Shown: positions 41,986-51,741, counted from the stretch's first letter. The stretch is DNA of 64,000 nt from Alphaproteobacteria bacterium (GCA_965222575.1 OZ244958.1:448001-512000), one strand, 5' to 3'. A program made the numbers and translations. The notes: generated by a model from the sequence alone, not told the origin.

Positions 41986-42569
41986 ACACGCTTCTCCTTC
42001 ATAACCGACAACACTATAGTTTGTACCTCTTCCTTCAGCCTGTAAAGAGATAACTCCCCTGAAATCCTAAAATCTACACACAACGGCGGTTTCTTATCAT
42101 GACGCAACACAAGCACTTCCCATGGAAAAAAAACCCCACGACCCTCATAACGACGCCGACACACCTCTAAAGAAGTCTCTACATAAACCGTATAGTCCAC
42201 TTCCTTCTCCTGACCCAATTCAAACAAAAGCGGTAACTCCAAAAACACAACCTCCACTGAGTGGGCAAGTGAAGACAAAAACCGCTGCCGATAATCTCTA
42301 ACCAACGGGTGAACAAGAGACTCCAATACCTCTAACTCATGCAAGTTCTCCTTCAAAAACTCCCCTAGCTTCCCTCTATCCACACACCCACTCCCCCCCA
42401 TCAACCCCCGCTCCTCAAAATACCGTAGTACACACTCCTCAACTCGATAAATCTTCCGAACCGCCTCATCCGATGACCAGCTAACGCCCCCAACACACGC
42501 CTCAAGACACGTCTTCACTACCAAACTCTTGCCAGCAGCAGGATAGCCCGTCACCCCTAACAACAACAC
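41976..42569 (-). CDS. coaE: Dephospho-CoA kinase
   Basis: GVTGYPAAGKS, LESLVHPLV, ELPLLFE; GTG 42569 chosen to avoid overlap with maf. Confidence 0.88.
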   Translation of the reverse strand: MLLLGVTGYPAAGKSLVVKTCLEACVGGVSWSSDEAVRKIYRVEECVLRYFEERGLMGGSGCVDRGKLGEFLKENLHELEVLESLVHPLVRDYRQRFLSSLAHSVEVVFLELPLLFELGQEKEVDYTVYVETSLEVCRRRYEGRGVFFPWEVLVLRHDKKPPLCVDFRISGELSLYRLKEEVQTIVLSVMKEKRVCG

Positions 42570-42589
42570 ACCACCCCTTCCCCCACGCC

Positions 42590-43204
42590 TCACGACACCA
42601 CCACCCCTTCCCGCCTCAAAACCTCCAAAAGCCCCAACAACGGTAACCCCTGTATAGCAAAAATATCCCCTTCTATCCTCTCCATCAAGTGCAACCCTAA
42701 CCCCTCTATAGCACCACCCGCTAGCATCTCCAATCCCAATGCCCCCACCTCCGCACAATACCCCTCAATAAACCTCTCCCCCAACACCCTCATCTTCAAA
42801 AGCGGACTCTCCACTGCACTCCACAACACCTCCCCACCACGTGCTAACACCACAGAGGTATGAAGATAATGCTCCTGTCCACTTAAAACCCGAAGCTGTT
42901 CCCTCAACTCCCCCATACTCCGCGCCTTCCTAAAAACACAACCTCTACACTCCAACACTTGATCCCCTCCTACCACATAGGCAGACCCCCTCTTTCGCGA
43001 CACACTAAGTGCCTTCTTCTTCCCTAAATGCAAACTCATCCCCTTCCCGTCTCCTTCCCTCATAAACTCCCTCCCCTCAACACCCTCATCTACCTCAGAC
43101 AGCAAAACCTCAAAAATAAGACCCAACCCCTCTAATAAACGACGACGCACTACACTACCAGAGGCTAACACCAACTGCTCAGAAGACACCTTCATAAACC
43201 CCAT
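42590..43204 (-). CDS. maf: Maf family nucleotide pyrophosphatase
   Basis: LVLASGS..RRRLL, GGDQ, LSGQEH, IQGLPL. Confidence 0.92.
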   Translation of the reverse strand: MGFMKVSSEQLVLASGSVVRRRLLEGLGLIFEVLLSEVDEGVEGREFMREGDGKGMSLHLGKKKALSVSRKRGSAYVVGGDQVLECRGCVFRKARSMGELREQLRVLSGQEHYLHTSVVLARGGEVLWSAVESPLLKMRVLGERFIEGYCAEVGALGLEMLAGGAIEGLGLHLMERIEGDIFAIQGLPLLGLLEVLRREGVVVS

Positions 43205-44037
43205 CAGCCCCCCCTCTCCACCTTCCGCTTCTCCAAAAAAGAAAAAATCTGCGACGCCGTCTCCTCCACAGACTGATAAGTCACATTCAAACTAATCCAA
43301 CCATTACGATTGAACATACGCTTCGCCCTTGTAACTTCCTCCTCTATGGACTCCTCACGCGTGTAACTATTCCCCCTGTTACTAGCCTTAACCCCTATGC
43401 TATCAAACCGCTTCTTCCGTATCTCCCTCAACCGCAAAGTCTCCACCATCAACCCTATCACAGGACAACCTGCCTCCCTCAAAACCTCCTCAGGAAACCC
43501 CTCCTCCAACACAAAAGGCACATTCGCAGCCCTCACTCCCTTATTCGCTAAATACAAACACGTCGGCGTCTTCGACGTCCGCGATACCCCAACCAATATC
43601 ACCTCAGCTCCCCCTATACTCCTCAAATTCTTTCCATCATCATGATTTACACAAAACTCTATGGCCTCTATCTTCCTAAAATACGATACATCTAAACTAT
43701 GTTGACGACCGGGCTCCTTCTTCGAAACCTGACACAAATACCCCTCCATTAAAACCATCAACGGACCTAAAACTCCATAAACCTGAAGTCCCAACTCCCT
43801 CCCGCGCCTTTCTATCTCTTCCTGTATCTCCTTCTTCACCACCGTCGTAATAATTATCCCAGGGAGACGCTCTATCTCCTTGAAAACCTCCAAAACACGA
43901 CGCTTCGTCTTCACCTCGTTCCACCGCACAGACCGCGGCTCCTCTAAAAACTGAGACAACACAGCACGACCCAACAAAGTTAACGTCTCTCCCGTCGAAT
44001 CCGATATAAAATACACAACCCTTTCCACGCGCTTCAA
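43204..44037 (-). CDS. PEP synthase/pyruvate,phosphate dikinase regulatory protein (DUF299)
   Basis: ISDSTGET, HDDG, GVSRTSKTPT, ANVP, SVEETA. Confidence 0.94.
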   Translation of the reverse strand: MKRVERVVYFISDSTGETLTLLGRAVLSQFLEEPRSVRWNEVKTKRRVLEVFKEIERLPGIIITTVVKKEIQEEIERRGRELGLQVYGVLGPLMVLMEGYLCQVSKKEPGRQHSLDVSYFRKIEAIEFCVNHDDGKNLRSIGGAEVILVGVSRTSKTPTCLYLANKGVRAANVPFVLEEGFPEEVLREAGCPVIGLMVETLRLREIRKKRFDSIGVKASNRGNSYTREESIEEEVTRAKRMFNRNGWISLNVTYQSVEETASQIFSFLEKRKVERGG

Positions 44038-44180
44038 ACTCTCACCTCAAACCTAAAAAACTCTCTCTCCCTTCCAACAACTCAACTCAGTAATTTTCAT
44101 CCCTACTACTTTATCACTCTTAACACACTCTCCTCACCATCCTATTTCTCATTAGGCTTTTCATACCCCTTTACAACCCT

Positions 44181-44193
44181 CAACTCATTGAAA
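44181..44193. promoter_or_regulatory. IHF-like site
   Basis: CAACTCATTGAAA versus YAANNNNTTGATW (1 mismatch). Confidence 0.45.
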
Positions 44194-44238
44194 AATAAAG
44201 ACTATTTACTAAAATTCTCCGCTCTTTCCCTCCCCCTA

Positions 44239-44253
44239 TTAATAAAGTATTAA
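44239..44253. promoter_or_regulatory. CtrA-type binding box
   Basis: TTAA-TAAAGTA-TTAA, exact TTAA-N7-TTAA. Confidence 0.55.
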
Positions 44254-44309
44254 AGAAGATTTCTTTACGGATTATTACAGTATAAACACTAAAAAAATTA
44301 AAAAAAACT

Positions 44310-44338
44310 TTGACATCGCAACAATAAGGGGATATGAA
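44310..44338 (+). promoter_or_regulatory. Putative sigma70 promoter for the first porin-like gene
   Basis: TTGACA-17 nt-TATGAA preceded by A-tracts (UP-element-like). Confidence 0.5.
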
Positions 44339-44429
44339 GGAACAGTAAAGGGAAATTTTCACTCCCAGAAAATAAGGGAAAAAACAAGTATCGTATTAAA
44401 AATAAAAGAGAGTTTAGAGGGTTTTATTA

Positions 44430-45827
44430 ATGAAAAAGCAGTTATTTATTATAGTGTCTGTTGCAATAGCTTTTGTTGCACAAAGTGCTTATGCTAAAAT
44501 AGAGACCAAAATCTCTGGTCGTTTCGCAGGGGGTCTTAGCTACTCTAAAGACAAAGATCACGAAGACTTTATTCCTAAAAACGCGGACGGAACCGATGCT
44601 CCGAAAAAAGCGGGGGATGGGCTTGAAAAAATAAATCGCAATGCTTACCAAATGATGCGCTATGGCCGTATTTACTTCAAAGCTTCAGGGCAAGTTACCC
44701 CTAGAGTTTCCGCTGGTGTGTTACTCTCTATGGAAATGGATGGCTCTATGGAAATAATGTCTGCTGGAAAGCTCGATATTACAAAGTTATTTGATGAAAG
44801 CTATATTTGGATAACAACGGCACTAGGACGATTGGAACTAGGAGGCACAGAACACGCGCCACTCAAGCTTAGCGCAGAACTCTCTTCTATGCCTAACATG
44901 TACTATTACGGCTTGTATGATGGGGCAACAGCTCCAAACTTCTCATTTGCCCAAAATCTCGGTTTAACTGGAGATGAAAACGATAAAATCAATTACTTCA
45001 CCGGCGCCCTTCTTAAGGGAATAGAAGCGGGGATTTCTTTTACTAAAGACCCAAGAGTAATGCGCAGAGGACAGCTTCTCTTCGAAAAGCAGTATGGAAA
45101 AGGACTGAGAAATATCTTTGAGTTCGCTGTGCGCTACAAGACAAAACTCGAAAACGGAATGAGTCTTACCGTCTCTACTGGGTACTCTACAGCGGGACTT
45201 GACTTTGCCGAAAGTACTAGCGCAACAAGTAACCAGTGGTATGATCCTGTTACGGGAGACGCCTTTGGCCCTGGTGCTTATGCGACTTCAAAGTCCTCAA
45301 CAAGAACAGGCCTGGGAATTTTAGCGAAGCAATTTGAGGGGAAAACACTCCAGGAAATAGCAAAGGAGGAAAGAAAGCCTGTTGTTTGGACTGTTAGTAC
45401 CAATGTCAAAATGGAACACCTCTCTCTTTCCTTCCTCTTTCTCAGAAGGAACGAAAGAAATCTTGATAAGATAACGGAATGGATTGCTAACATGGAATAC
45501 AAGGCTGATAAATTTACCTTTGGATTCGAGTATGCGCAATCTGTTTTTGTGCCCTTCTCTACTTTTGGTGGTCATACACCGGGCGTAAAATATAAAACCA
45601 CTGGTCTCCATGGAAAAATCGCTTATAGTGTTGGTGATGGCGTGAGTGTTATTGGAGGGTATGCTATTGTAGATAATAAAGATGGCGCCTATACTTTGGG
45701 AAGCGACCTTGCTGACTATGTTAAAACCATAACCGGTGCCGCCGCCGCGGTAGAGAAAAATCCAAGCGGCAAGTTGCGTAGTAAAAAGTACACCTATCTG
45801 TACACAGGACTGGTTGTAAAGTGGTAG
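44430..45827 (+). CDS. Outer membrane beta-barrel, porin-like protein
   Basis: Signal peptide ending AYA, DESYIWI..GRLELG, DKINYF, C-terminal beta-signal YLYTGLVVKW. Confidence 0.75.
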   Translation: MKKQLFIIVSVAIAFVAQSAYAKIETKISGRFAGGLSYSKDKDHEDFIPKNADGTDAPKKAGDGLEKINRNAYQMMRYGRIYFKASGQVTPRVSAGVLLSMEMDGSMEIMSAGKLDITKLFDESYIWITTALGRLELGGTEHAPLKLSAELSSMPNMYYYGLYDGATAPNFSFAQNLGLTGDENDKINYFTGALLKGIEAGISFTKDPRVMRRGQLLFEKQYGKGLRNIFEFAVRYKTKLENGMSLTVSTGYSTAGLDFAESTSATSNQWYDPVTGDAFGPGAYATSKSSTRTGLGILAKQFEGKTLQEIAKEERKPVVWTVSTNVKMEHLSLSFLFLRRNERNLDKITEWIANMEYKADKFTFGFEYAQSVFVPFSTFGGHTPGVKYKTTGLHGKIAYSVGDGVSVIGGYAIVDNKDGAYTLGSDLADYVKTITGAAAAVEKNPSGKLRSKKYTYLYTGLVVKW

Positions 45828-45867
45828 CTTTTTAGACTTCTTCTCTTTACAAGAAAAGAGACTAGAA

Positions 45868-45914
45868 AAGGAAGCGGAATACAGATATAATGTATTCCGC
45901 TTCCTTATTTCTTT
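45868..45914 (+). terminator. Intrinsic terminator / strong hairpin between the porin genes
   Basis: Perfect 16-bp inverted repeat AAGGAAGCGGAATACA / TGTATTCCGCTTCCTT, 7-nt loop, followed by ATTTCTTT. Confidence 0.8.
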
Positions 45915-45936
45915 ACTAGAGAGTAAGCTTTATAAC

Positions 45937-47205
45937 ATGATTGTCTTGAGATATCTTTTTCAAACTTGCTTGGTTCTTTCCCTAGGGATTCCTATTTTCA
46001 CAGCAAAAGCGGAGGTAACGTTTGGCGGAACCTTTGCTTACTTGTATAACAAATATACCGGCGGTTACGTCCATGAGAGTACGTTTTACTATGGCAAAGT
46101 TCATATAAGAGGACAAAAAAGCTTCTCAAACAATAATGCACTCGGTACGAAAAATGCCGGCTTCCATTTCTCCTTCAGAACCCACTCCCATGAACTTCAA
46201 CGATTCTTGAGATTAGGATATGGATGGATTGATACAAGCTATGGAACTATCGTTATAGGGGGCTTATTCTCCGCTTCCGACCTCTTGCATATTCCTCCCT
46301 ATAAATTCCCTTGGGAAAACTATGAATTCCTGCGCGATGAACAAATGCTAGGCTTTGATGCCGTCAACTTTTACGATTTTTACGATAAATCCTCTAGCAC
46401 TCTTGATAAAAAGGCTTTCTTCTCTTCCTATCCCATGGATCTGTCTATGGCCGATAAAATTACCTTTTTGTCGCGTCCTAGTGACGGACTGCAATTCGGG
46501 GCCTCCTTAACGCCAGATAATAAATACTTCGGAGACGGAAACCTCCTCTTCGAGGAAAAATTCCCTGAAGAAACTACCGACACAGATAAATTATATGATA
46601 CCCGCCATGGCTCTATCGATTTCGCCGTCCGGTATACAGCCCCTAAAAAAGAAAGCACCCGATATCTCACAAATTTTCGCCTCTTCTTCTCCTCTTCCTT
46701 TGCTTTTCGATACAAAAAAAAGCACGGAGACACAAACCTCAAAGCCCCTTATACAATCTCCGGAGGCTTTGGCTTCCTAATCAATAACAAAATCATAAGA
46801 AAACAACATGACATCGTTCTCTCCTATAAGAGATATGACGACCCGTTGGGCATTACATCCGATACCTTCTCTGCCGGCTTAACCTTTCGGTACTACAAGT
46901 GGAATACCGGTGTTGTTTTTATGCGAAAATCTCTTAAAAATCGTCACACAAGCGTAACTCAGGCTAAAAATTACTGGCTTGCAATGGGACTGTATGCAAA
47001 CTATGAGTTTATGAAAGAAGTGTATTTGACCTTGGGAATCAACATTTTTAAGGACGAAGCGACCAACGCATCTTTGGGTGTGGGAGCCAACCTTAAGCAC
47101 TATAAACCTTTGGGTATGGGAAGAAAGATTGGAACAGGGGACGCGGCAGATCAGGCAGAAGAAAACTTCATCAACCTCTATGTGGGGATTGTGATAACCT
47201 TCTGA
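45937..47205 (+). CDS. Second outer membrane beta-barrel, porin-like protein
   Basis: Signal peptide ending AKA, YGWIDTSYGTIVIG, DKITF..GLQFGASLTPD, C-terminal YVGIVITF. Confidence 0.72.
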   Translation: MIVLRYLFQTCLVLSLGIPIFTAKAEVTFGGTFAYLYNKYTGGYVHESTFYYGKVHIRGQKSFSNNNALGTKNAGFHFSFRTHSHELQRFLRLGYGWIDTSYGTIVIGGLFSASDLLHIPPYKFPWENYEFLRDEQMLGFDAVNFYDFYDKSSSTLDKKAFFSSYPMDLSMADKITFLSRPSDGLQFGASLTPDNKYFGDGNLLFEEKFPEETTDTDKLYDTRHGSIDFAVRYTAPKKESTRYLTNFRLFFSSSFAFRYKKKHGDTNLKAPYTISGGFGFLINNKIIRKQHDIVLSYKRYDDPLGITSDTFSAGLTFRYYKWNTGVVFMRKSLKNRHTSVTQAKNYWLAMGLYANYEFMKEVYLTLGINIFKDEATNASLGVGANLKHYKPLGMGRKIGTGDAADQAEENFINLYVGIVITF

Positions 47206-47211
47206 GGCTTA

Positions 47212-47435
47212 CACTTGCGGTGCCCCCCCCCTCTCCCGCAGTGAAATTAACATGAACCCCTTGAAGACGCACAGAGGCCTTGCGGTGCCTGCACAATATC
47301 ATCAAGGCTTAACGTTCCAGTAAGAGTGCATCCTTCACTTTAAGACAGGTTGGTTGAAAGTAGAAAATCCCGGCACAATTCCTTTGTGCGTGGGGGGTAG
47401 GTATAATTTTCTTAAGGAAGCACGGGGGGCGTTGC
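47212..47435. ncRNA. Unassigned structured intergenic element (possible ncRNA)
   Basis: Four stem-loops plus a possible long-range closing helix in a 250-bp gap between convergent genes; no family motif recognised. Confidence 0.3.
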
Positions 47436-47455
47436 TTAACAAAACAAGTGGCGTT

Positions 47456-48139
47456 TTATGCCTTACCCTTTTTTGGTGTTACGCGGGCAGGTTGCTTGGC
47501 AGGTTGCTTCTTGGGAGGGGCTTTTTTCGTCTTCTCACCAACCGATACCTGCTTCATTAAAGCCCCAAGCCTTTCGTGACTCGCAGACCCAAGCGATACA
47601 ATAAATTTAATCCCATCTTCCGGACTAAGGTCTAAAGGATACACACTCTCTTTAGGAACTATGACTAAAAACCCAGAGGTCGGATTCGGCGTCGTCGGTA
47701 CAAAAATCGTCAGACCATCTCCGCCAGGAACGTCTACCTCATCATTTGTTATAAACCCTAGCGCCCAAATCCCAGTTCGCGGATACTCCAACACCACTAC
47801 ACGACCAAAATTCTTCTTCTGTACAATGGAACCTAACGTCTGCTTGCTCGTCTTGTAAATAATCCCTAATAACGGAATCCTGCTTAGCCATCTCTCTAAC
47901 CCTTCCAAAACCTTCTGGCCAGCATAACGACTCGCACAAAACCCTATGCCAATCAACACAAATAAACTCAGTAATAACCCCATCCCCCATGGAGGGTCTA
48001 ACCCTAACGCCCCTAAAAGAAAACTGTCTAAAAACTTCAAAATGGTCGTGGCTAACCACACCGTAAACACAATGGGAATGATAACAATCGTGCCAGCTAT
48101 AAACCAACGACGACAACTCTGTAGTGACTCCTTATACAT
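47456..48139 (-). CDS. DUF502 domain membrane protein
   Basis: RIPLLGIIY, EYPRTGIWALGFIT, VPTTPNPTSGF. Confidence 0.92.
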   Translation of the reverse strand: MYKESLQSCRRWFIAGTIVIIPIVFTVWLATTILKFLDSFLLGALGLDPPWGMGLLLSLFVLIGIGFCASRYAGQKVLEGLERWLSRIPLLGIIYKTSKQTLGSIVQKKNFGRVVVLEYPRTGIWALGFITNDEVDVPGGDGLTIFVPTTPNPTSGFLVIVPKESVYPLDLSPEDGIKFIVSLGSASHERLGALMKQVSVGEKTKKAPPKKQPAKQPARVTPKKGKA

Positions 48140-48140
48140 C

Positions 48141-48491
48141 CTAAGGCTTCTTGAGCTCCTCTCTTATCTTTCTTAACGCCTCCTCAGATAGCAACGTCTT
48201 CCCCTCCTGCCTTAACAGATGATCTCTAATGTTAGAGGGGTCTTCAAGGGAAATCCCTAAAAACTCTAACACAGAACGCTCTCCTCCATTTAACCGAGAC
48301 ACATCATGCACAGACGAAAAAGAAAAATCCCTCTCCGGAAAAGACTTAAAACCGGGCGGAACTATCAACGGCGGCGTCCGTAATAACCGCTCCAACGGAT
48401 GCTTCTCCTCCTCCGTGTAAATCCCAGTAGCACCTCCACAGCCACTCAGTACTACACACAAACATAAGAAAAAATTCCTCATCCTTTTCAA
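48141..48491 (-). CDS. Lipoprotein, DUF3035-like
   Basis: Lipobox LSGC, PPLIVPP motif, downstream of lspA. Confidence 0.65.
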   Translation of the reverse strand: MKRMRNFFLCLCVVLSGCGGATGIYTEEEKHPLERLLRTPPLIVPPGFKSFPERDFSFSSVHDVSRLNGGERSVLEFLGISLEDPSNIRDHLLRQEGKTLLSEEALRKIREELKKP

Positions 48492-48513
48492 TCTCCTGAT
48501 AAACTACCTCGCT

Positions 48514-48984
48514 TCAATACTTTACCACGCTCTTCCATGCTGTACAACCCACAAAAATCATACACCCAAGCGTTATGAAACTATCCCCTATATTAAAAGC
48601 AGGAAAGTGATACACCCCTATATGAACGTCTATAAAATCCAGCACAGCACCCCTGAGTATCCTATCCGTGAAGTTCCCAACCGCACCGCCGCTTATACAA
48701 CAACAACTCAATTGCACCACCCTGCTACTAGACCTAAGTCCCCATACCATAAAGACACCAATGAGAAAACTTGTTAAGATAATCAAAATAAAAAATGCCA
48801 TCTGACTCATAGCCGCAAATAACCCAAAGGCTATACCCTTATTGTAGACCAACACAAGCGAGATATACCGCCCTAGCACCCACTCCTCTCCAAGCTCTAA
48901 AAAGGACAGAATGTACATCTTCGATGCAACATCAAAACACGTAATCAGGGCAACGCCAAGTAAAAATAACGCACTCCTTTTCAT
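48514..48984 (-). CDS. lspA: Signal peptidase II
   Basis: NKGIAFG, GGAVGNFTDR, VLDFID, FNIGD. Confidence 0.96.
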   Translation of the reverse strand: MKRSALFLLGVALITCFDVASKMYILSFLELGEEWVLGRYISLVLVYNKGIAFGLFAAMSQMAFFILIILTSFLIGVFMVWGLRSSSRVVQLSCCCISGGAVGNFTDRILRGAVLDFIDVHIGVYHFPAFNIGDSFITLGCMIFVGCTAWKSVVKY

Positions 48985-51722
48985 CTTTTACAGGCACGCA
49001 CAATTTTCGTACATCGGTCACAAAGCGTGCTCCATTCCCCCACCTTCCAACACCGACCACACCTCTCCCCCCACGCCTTTTTCACCTTTATTTCACCAAA
49101 CCCTTCACAAGAGGAAAATTTCACCCCCACTTTTGACACAATAAACAATGCCTCAAACTCTACCTCAAGCTCTTCCAAAGAAAATTGACCAAATCGACTC
49201 TCCTCTACAGCAAGTTCTACATGAGCCTCCAGACTGGACCCTATCTCCTTCTCCTCCCGCGCAACCTCAAGCTCTTTTTGAACAGCCACCCTCACAGGCT
49301 CAAATTCCTTGTACATCTTCTCTATTTCCTCTTCGTACCAACACGACGGCACAACAGGAAAAGACTCCAAGTGACTACTCCCACTTCCGCCGCCCTCAAG
49401 ATAGGCCTCCTCCGCCGTAAAGGGTAAAAAGGGACCTAACCACACCGTTACATACTTGAGAACTTGCCTCAAAATATACACGCTAGCGAGACGCTCCGCA
49501 GAATCCCTCGGGGCGCAGTACAACACATCCTTGCGTATATCAAAGTAAAACGTCGACAAAAAGGTCACAAAATCAAATAACTTCTTTACCACAACATGAT
49601 AACGAAATGTCCTCACCTCAGAACGTAACGCCTCATCTAGCACAAATAGTCGCGATAAAATATACCGCTCAAGTGAGGGCAAAGGAAGCGAAAATACCTC
49701 CCCCTCTTCCCGCCTTAAATTCCCTAAACAGAAACGCAAACAGTTTCTAAACTTCCTATACATGTCTTGTGCCGTGGCAAAAGACTCCGCACTGTACTTC
49801 AAATCCTCCGAGCAATCTGAGCTTCCTACCCATAACCGCAAGACATCACAACCATAGCGGTCTATCAACTCCATCAACCCTCGCCCCTTCCCCTGTGACT
49901 TAGAAAACTTCTTTCCGTCTCCGTCTACAATAAATCCATGCGTCATCACTGCTCTGTAAGGACTCTTCCCACCGCTTCCGCACCCGTGCAACAATGACGA
50001 CTGAAACCAACCACGATGCTGGTCAGACCCTTCTAAGTATAAATCCGCTACGGAATCGCACGACAAAAGACCAAAACAATGACTCACTCCAGAATCAAAC
50101 CACACATCCAAAATATCAAACACTTGCTCATAATCAGATAAAGCATACGTGCTCCCTAACAGCTCCTCTCCCCTCTCCCACCAAACATCAGAACCATGCT
50201 GGGCAAAAAATTCCACTATCCTCCGATTCACTTCCTTGTCCACCAAAGGCTTGCCTGTCTCCTTGTGAACAAAAAGCGCACAAGGAACACCCCATAACCG
50301 CTGCCTTGATAATAACCAGTCAGGACGATCCCTCACCGTGGCTTCAAGCCTCCTTTTTCCCCTAGAAGGAAAAAATGATACCCCCTCTAACGCCTCAAGT
50401 GCCTTTTCCCTTAAGCCTAACCGTTCCATACTCAAAAACCATTGCTCAGAACTCCTATAAATCAAGGGCGCCTTAGACCGCCATGAATGCGGATACTCAT
50501 GGCGAAAAGTTGAGGCGTTATAATAACAGCTTGCTTTCTGAAACGCTTCAATAACGGCCTCCTCACTCTTGAAAATATGAAGACCTCTAAATAGCGGCAC
50601 CTCATTTGTAAAGACCCCACCTTCCCCAACATAGTTCAATGAATCAAGCCCCTCCCGTTGCCCTAACGCAAAATCCTCTACGCCATGATCCGGGGCAAGA
50701 TGTACCAATCCCGTCCCCTGATGCGCTGTTACAAAATCACTCGCTAATAAAGGATTTTCCTTCCTGTAACCGGGTAAAGGGTGCGCATAACGCAACGAAC
50801 GCAGTTCTTCAACCGGTATCTCTTTGACAAAACGCAGAGACTCTCCCTTTAAGCGCTCTATCCCTTCTACCAATGCCTGCCCAATAACCAACTTCTTCCC
50901 CACAGAATCTGACTCGTAAAGCCCATAAGATAAATCAGGATTGTAGGCAATAGCCTGATTACACGGCAATGTCCAAGGCGTTGTAGTCCACACCAATAAA
51001 CTCATATCCTCCTCCCCCGTTACATCAAATAGAACATAAACAGTGCGCGATTCCTTTTCCCGATACTCAACCTCCGCCTCCGCAAGCGAGGTTTCCTCAA
51101 CCACAGACCAGTACACAATGCTCCTCTTGCGATATAATCGACCCTCTTCCAGAAAATTCAAAAATTCCCGCACAATAATGCTCTCAGAACGCTTATCCAT
51201 AGTCGTATACGCTTCATCCCAGCAAGAAAGAATCCCTAACCGCTTAAACTCGCTTTTCTGTATCTTTATCCACTTCTGCGCAAATTCACGACACTGGGCA
51301 CGAAACGCTAGCACCCCTAAGGACTCCTTCTTCTTCCCTTCTTCCCGTAAGGTCTCTTCTATTTTCCATTCAATCGGCAACCCATGACAATCCCAACCAG
51401 GACGAAAATTTACCGCCTCTCCAAAACCATGACGAAAACGACAGGTCATATCCTTCAGTATCTTATTCAATCCATGACCCATATGAAGGTGACCATTAGC
51501 ATAAGGCGGGCCATCATGGAGCAAAAACACGCCTTCTCCTTCCTTAGAGGTAAAAAATGCCTCCTCAAGCCCCAACCCCTTCCAATACGCTAAAAGCTCT
51601 TCTTCCTTCTCTCGAAATGCTGCTTTGATGGGAAAACCCGTGGTGGGTAACTGCAAGGTAGACCTATAATCATGCTGCTTCATACCCTCTCCTGAGGCTT
51701 TTGTGTTTCTCTTGTCTCCCAT
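48981..51722 (-). CDS. ileS: Isoleucine--tRNA ligase (start may be 51683)
   Basis: DGPPYANGHLHMGH, GWDCHGLPIE, WTTTPWT, SRQR, EGSDQHRGWF, KFSKS, C-terminal zinc finger. Confidence 0.98.
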   Translation of the reverse strand: MGDKRNTKASGEGMKQHDYRSTLQLPTTGFPIKAAFREKEEELLAYWKGLGLEEAFFTSKEGEGVFLLHDGPPYANGHLHMGHGLNKILKDMTCRFRHGFGEAVNFRPGWDCHGLPIEWKIEETLREEGKKKESLGVLAFRAQCREFAQKWIKIQKSEFKRLGILSCWDEAYTTMDKRSESIIVREFLNFLEEGRLYRKRSIVYWSVVEETSLAEAEVEYREKESRTVYVLFDVTGEEDMSLLVWTTTPWTLPCNQAIAYNPDLSYGLYESDSVGKKLVIGQALVEGIERLKGESLRFVKEIPVEELRSLRYAHPLPGYRKENPLLASDFVTAHQGTGLVHLAPDHGVEDFALGQREGLDSLNYVGEGGVFTNEVPLFRGLHIFKSEEAVIEAFQKASCYYNASTFRHEYPHSWRSKAPLIYRSSEQWFLSMERLGLREKALEALEGVSFFPSRGKRRLEATVRDRPDWLLSRQRLWGVPCALFVHKETGKPLVDKEVNRRIVEFFAQHGSDVWWERGEELLGSTYALSDYEQVFDILDVWFDSGVSHCFGLLSCDSVADLYLEGSDQHRGWFQSSLLHGCGSGGKSPYRAVMTHGFIVDGDGKKFSKSQGKGRGLMELIDRYGCDVLRLWVGSSDCSEDLKYSAESFATAQDMYRKFRNCLRFCLGNLRREEGEVFSLPLPSLERYILSRLFVLDEALRSEVRTFRYHVVVKKLFDFVTFLSTFYFDIRKDVLYCAPRDSAERLASVYILRQVLKYVTVWLGPFLPFTAEEAYLEGGGSGSSHLESFPVVPSCWYEEEIEKMYKEFEPVRVAVQKELEVAREEKEIGSSLEAHVELAVEESRFGQFSLEELEVEFEALFIVSKVGVKFSSCEGFGEIKVKKAWGERCGRCWKVGEWSTLCDRCTKIVRACKR

Positions 51723-51741
51723 TAAGATTCCAGTTGCTTAA

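Larger units (their letters stand above)
44038..44429. other. Candidate replication origin (oriC)
   Basis: AT-rich 390-bp gap next to DUF299-maf-coaE-dnaQ; CtrA box, IHF-like site, local C-to-G skew flip; only weak DnaA-box matches. Confidence 0.45.

Noticed and set aside
47206-47455. SRP RNA, permuted tmRNA, glycine or cobalamin riboswitch
   Set aside because: Partial words (AGGAAGCA, GCGGGAGAG) lack the required context; no tag reading frame or tRNA-like ends; not upstream of a gene
47485-47509. GGCAGGTTGC words in the DUF502 tail matching array module A
   Set aside because: Only 10-11 bp and explained by the KQPAKQPA peptide repeat
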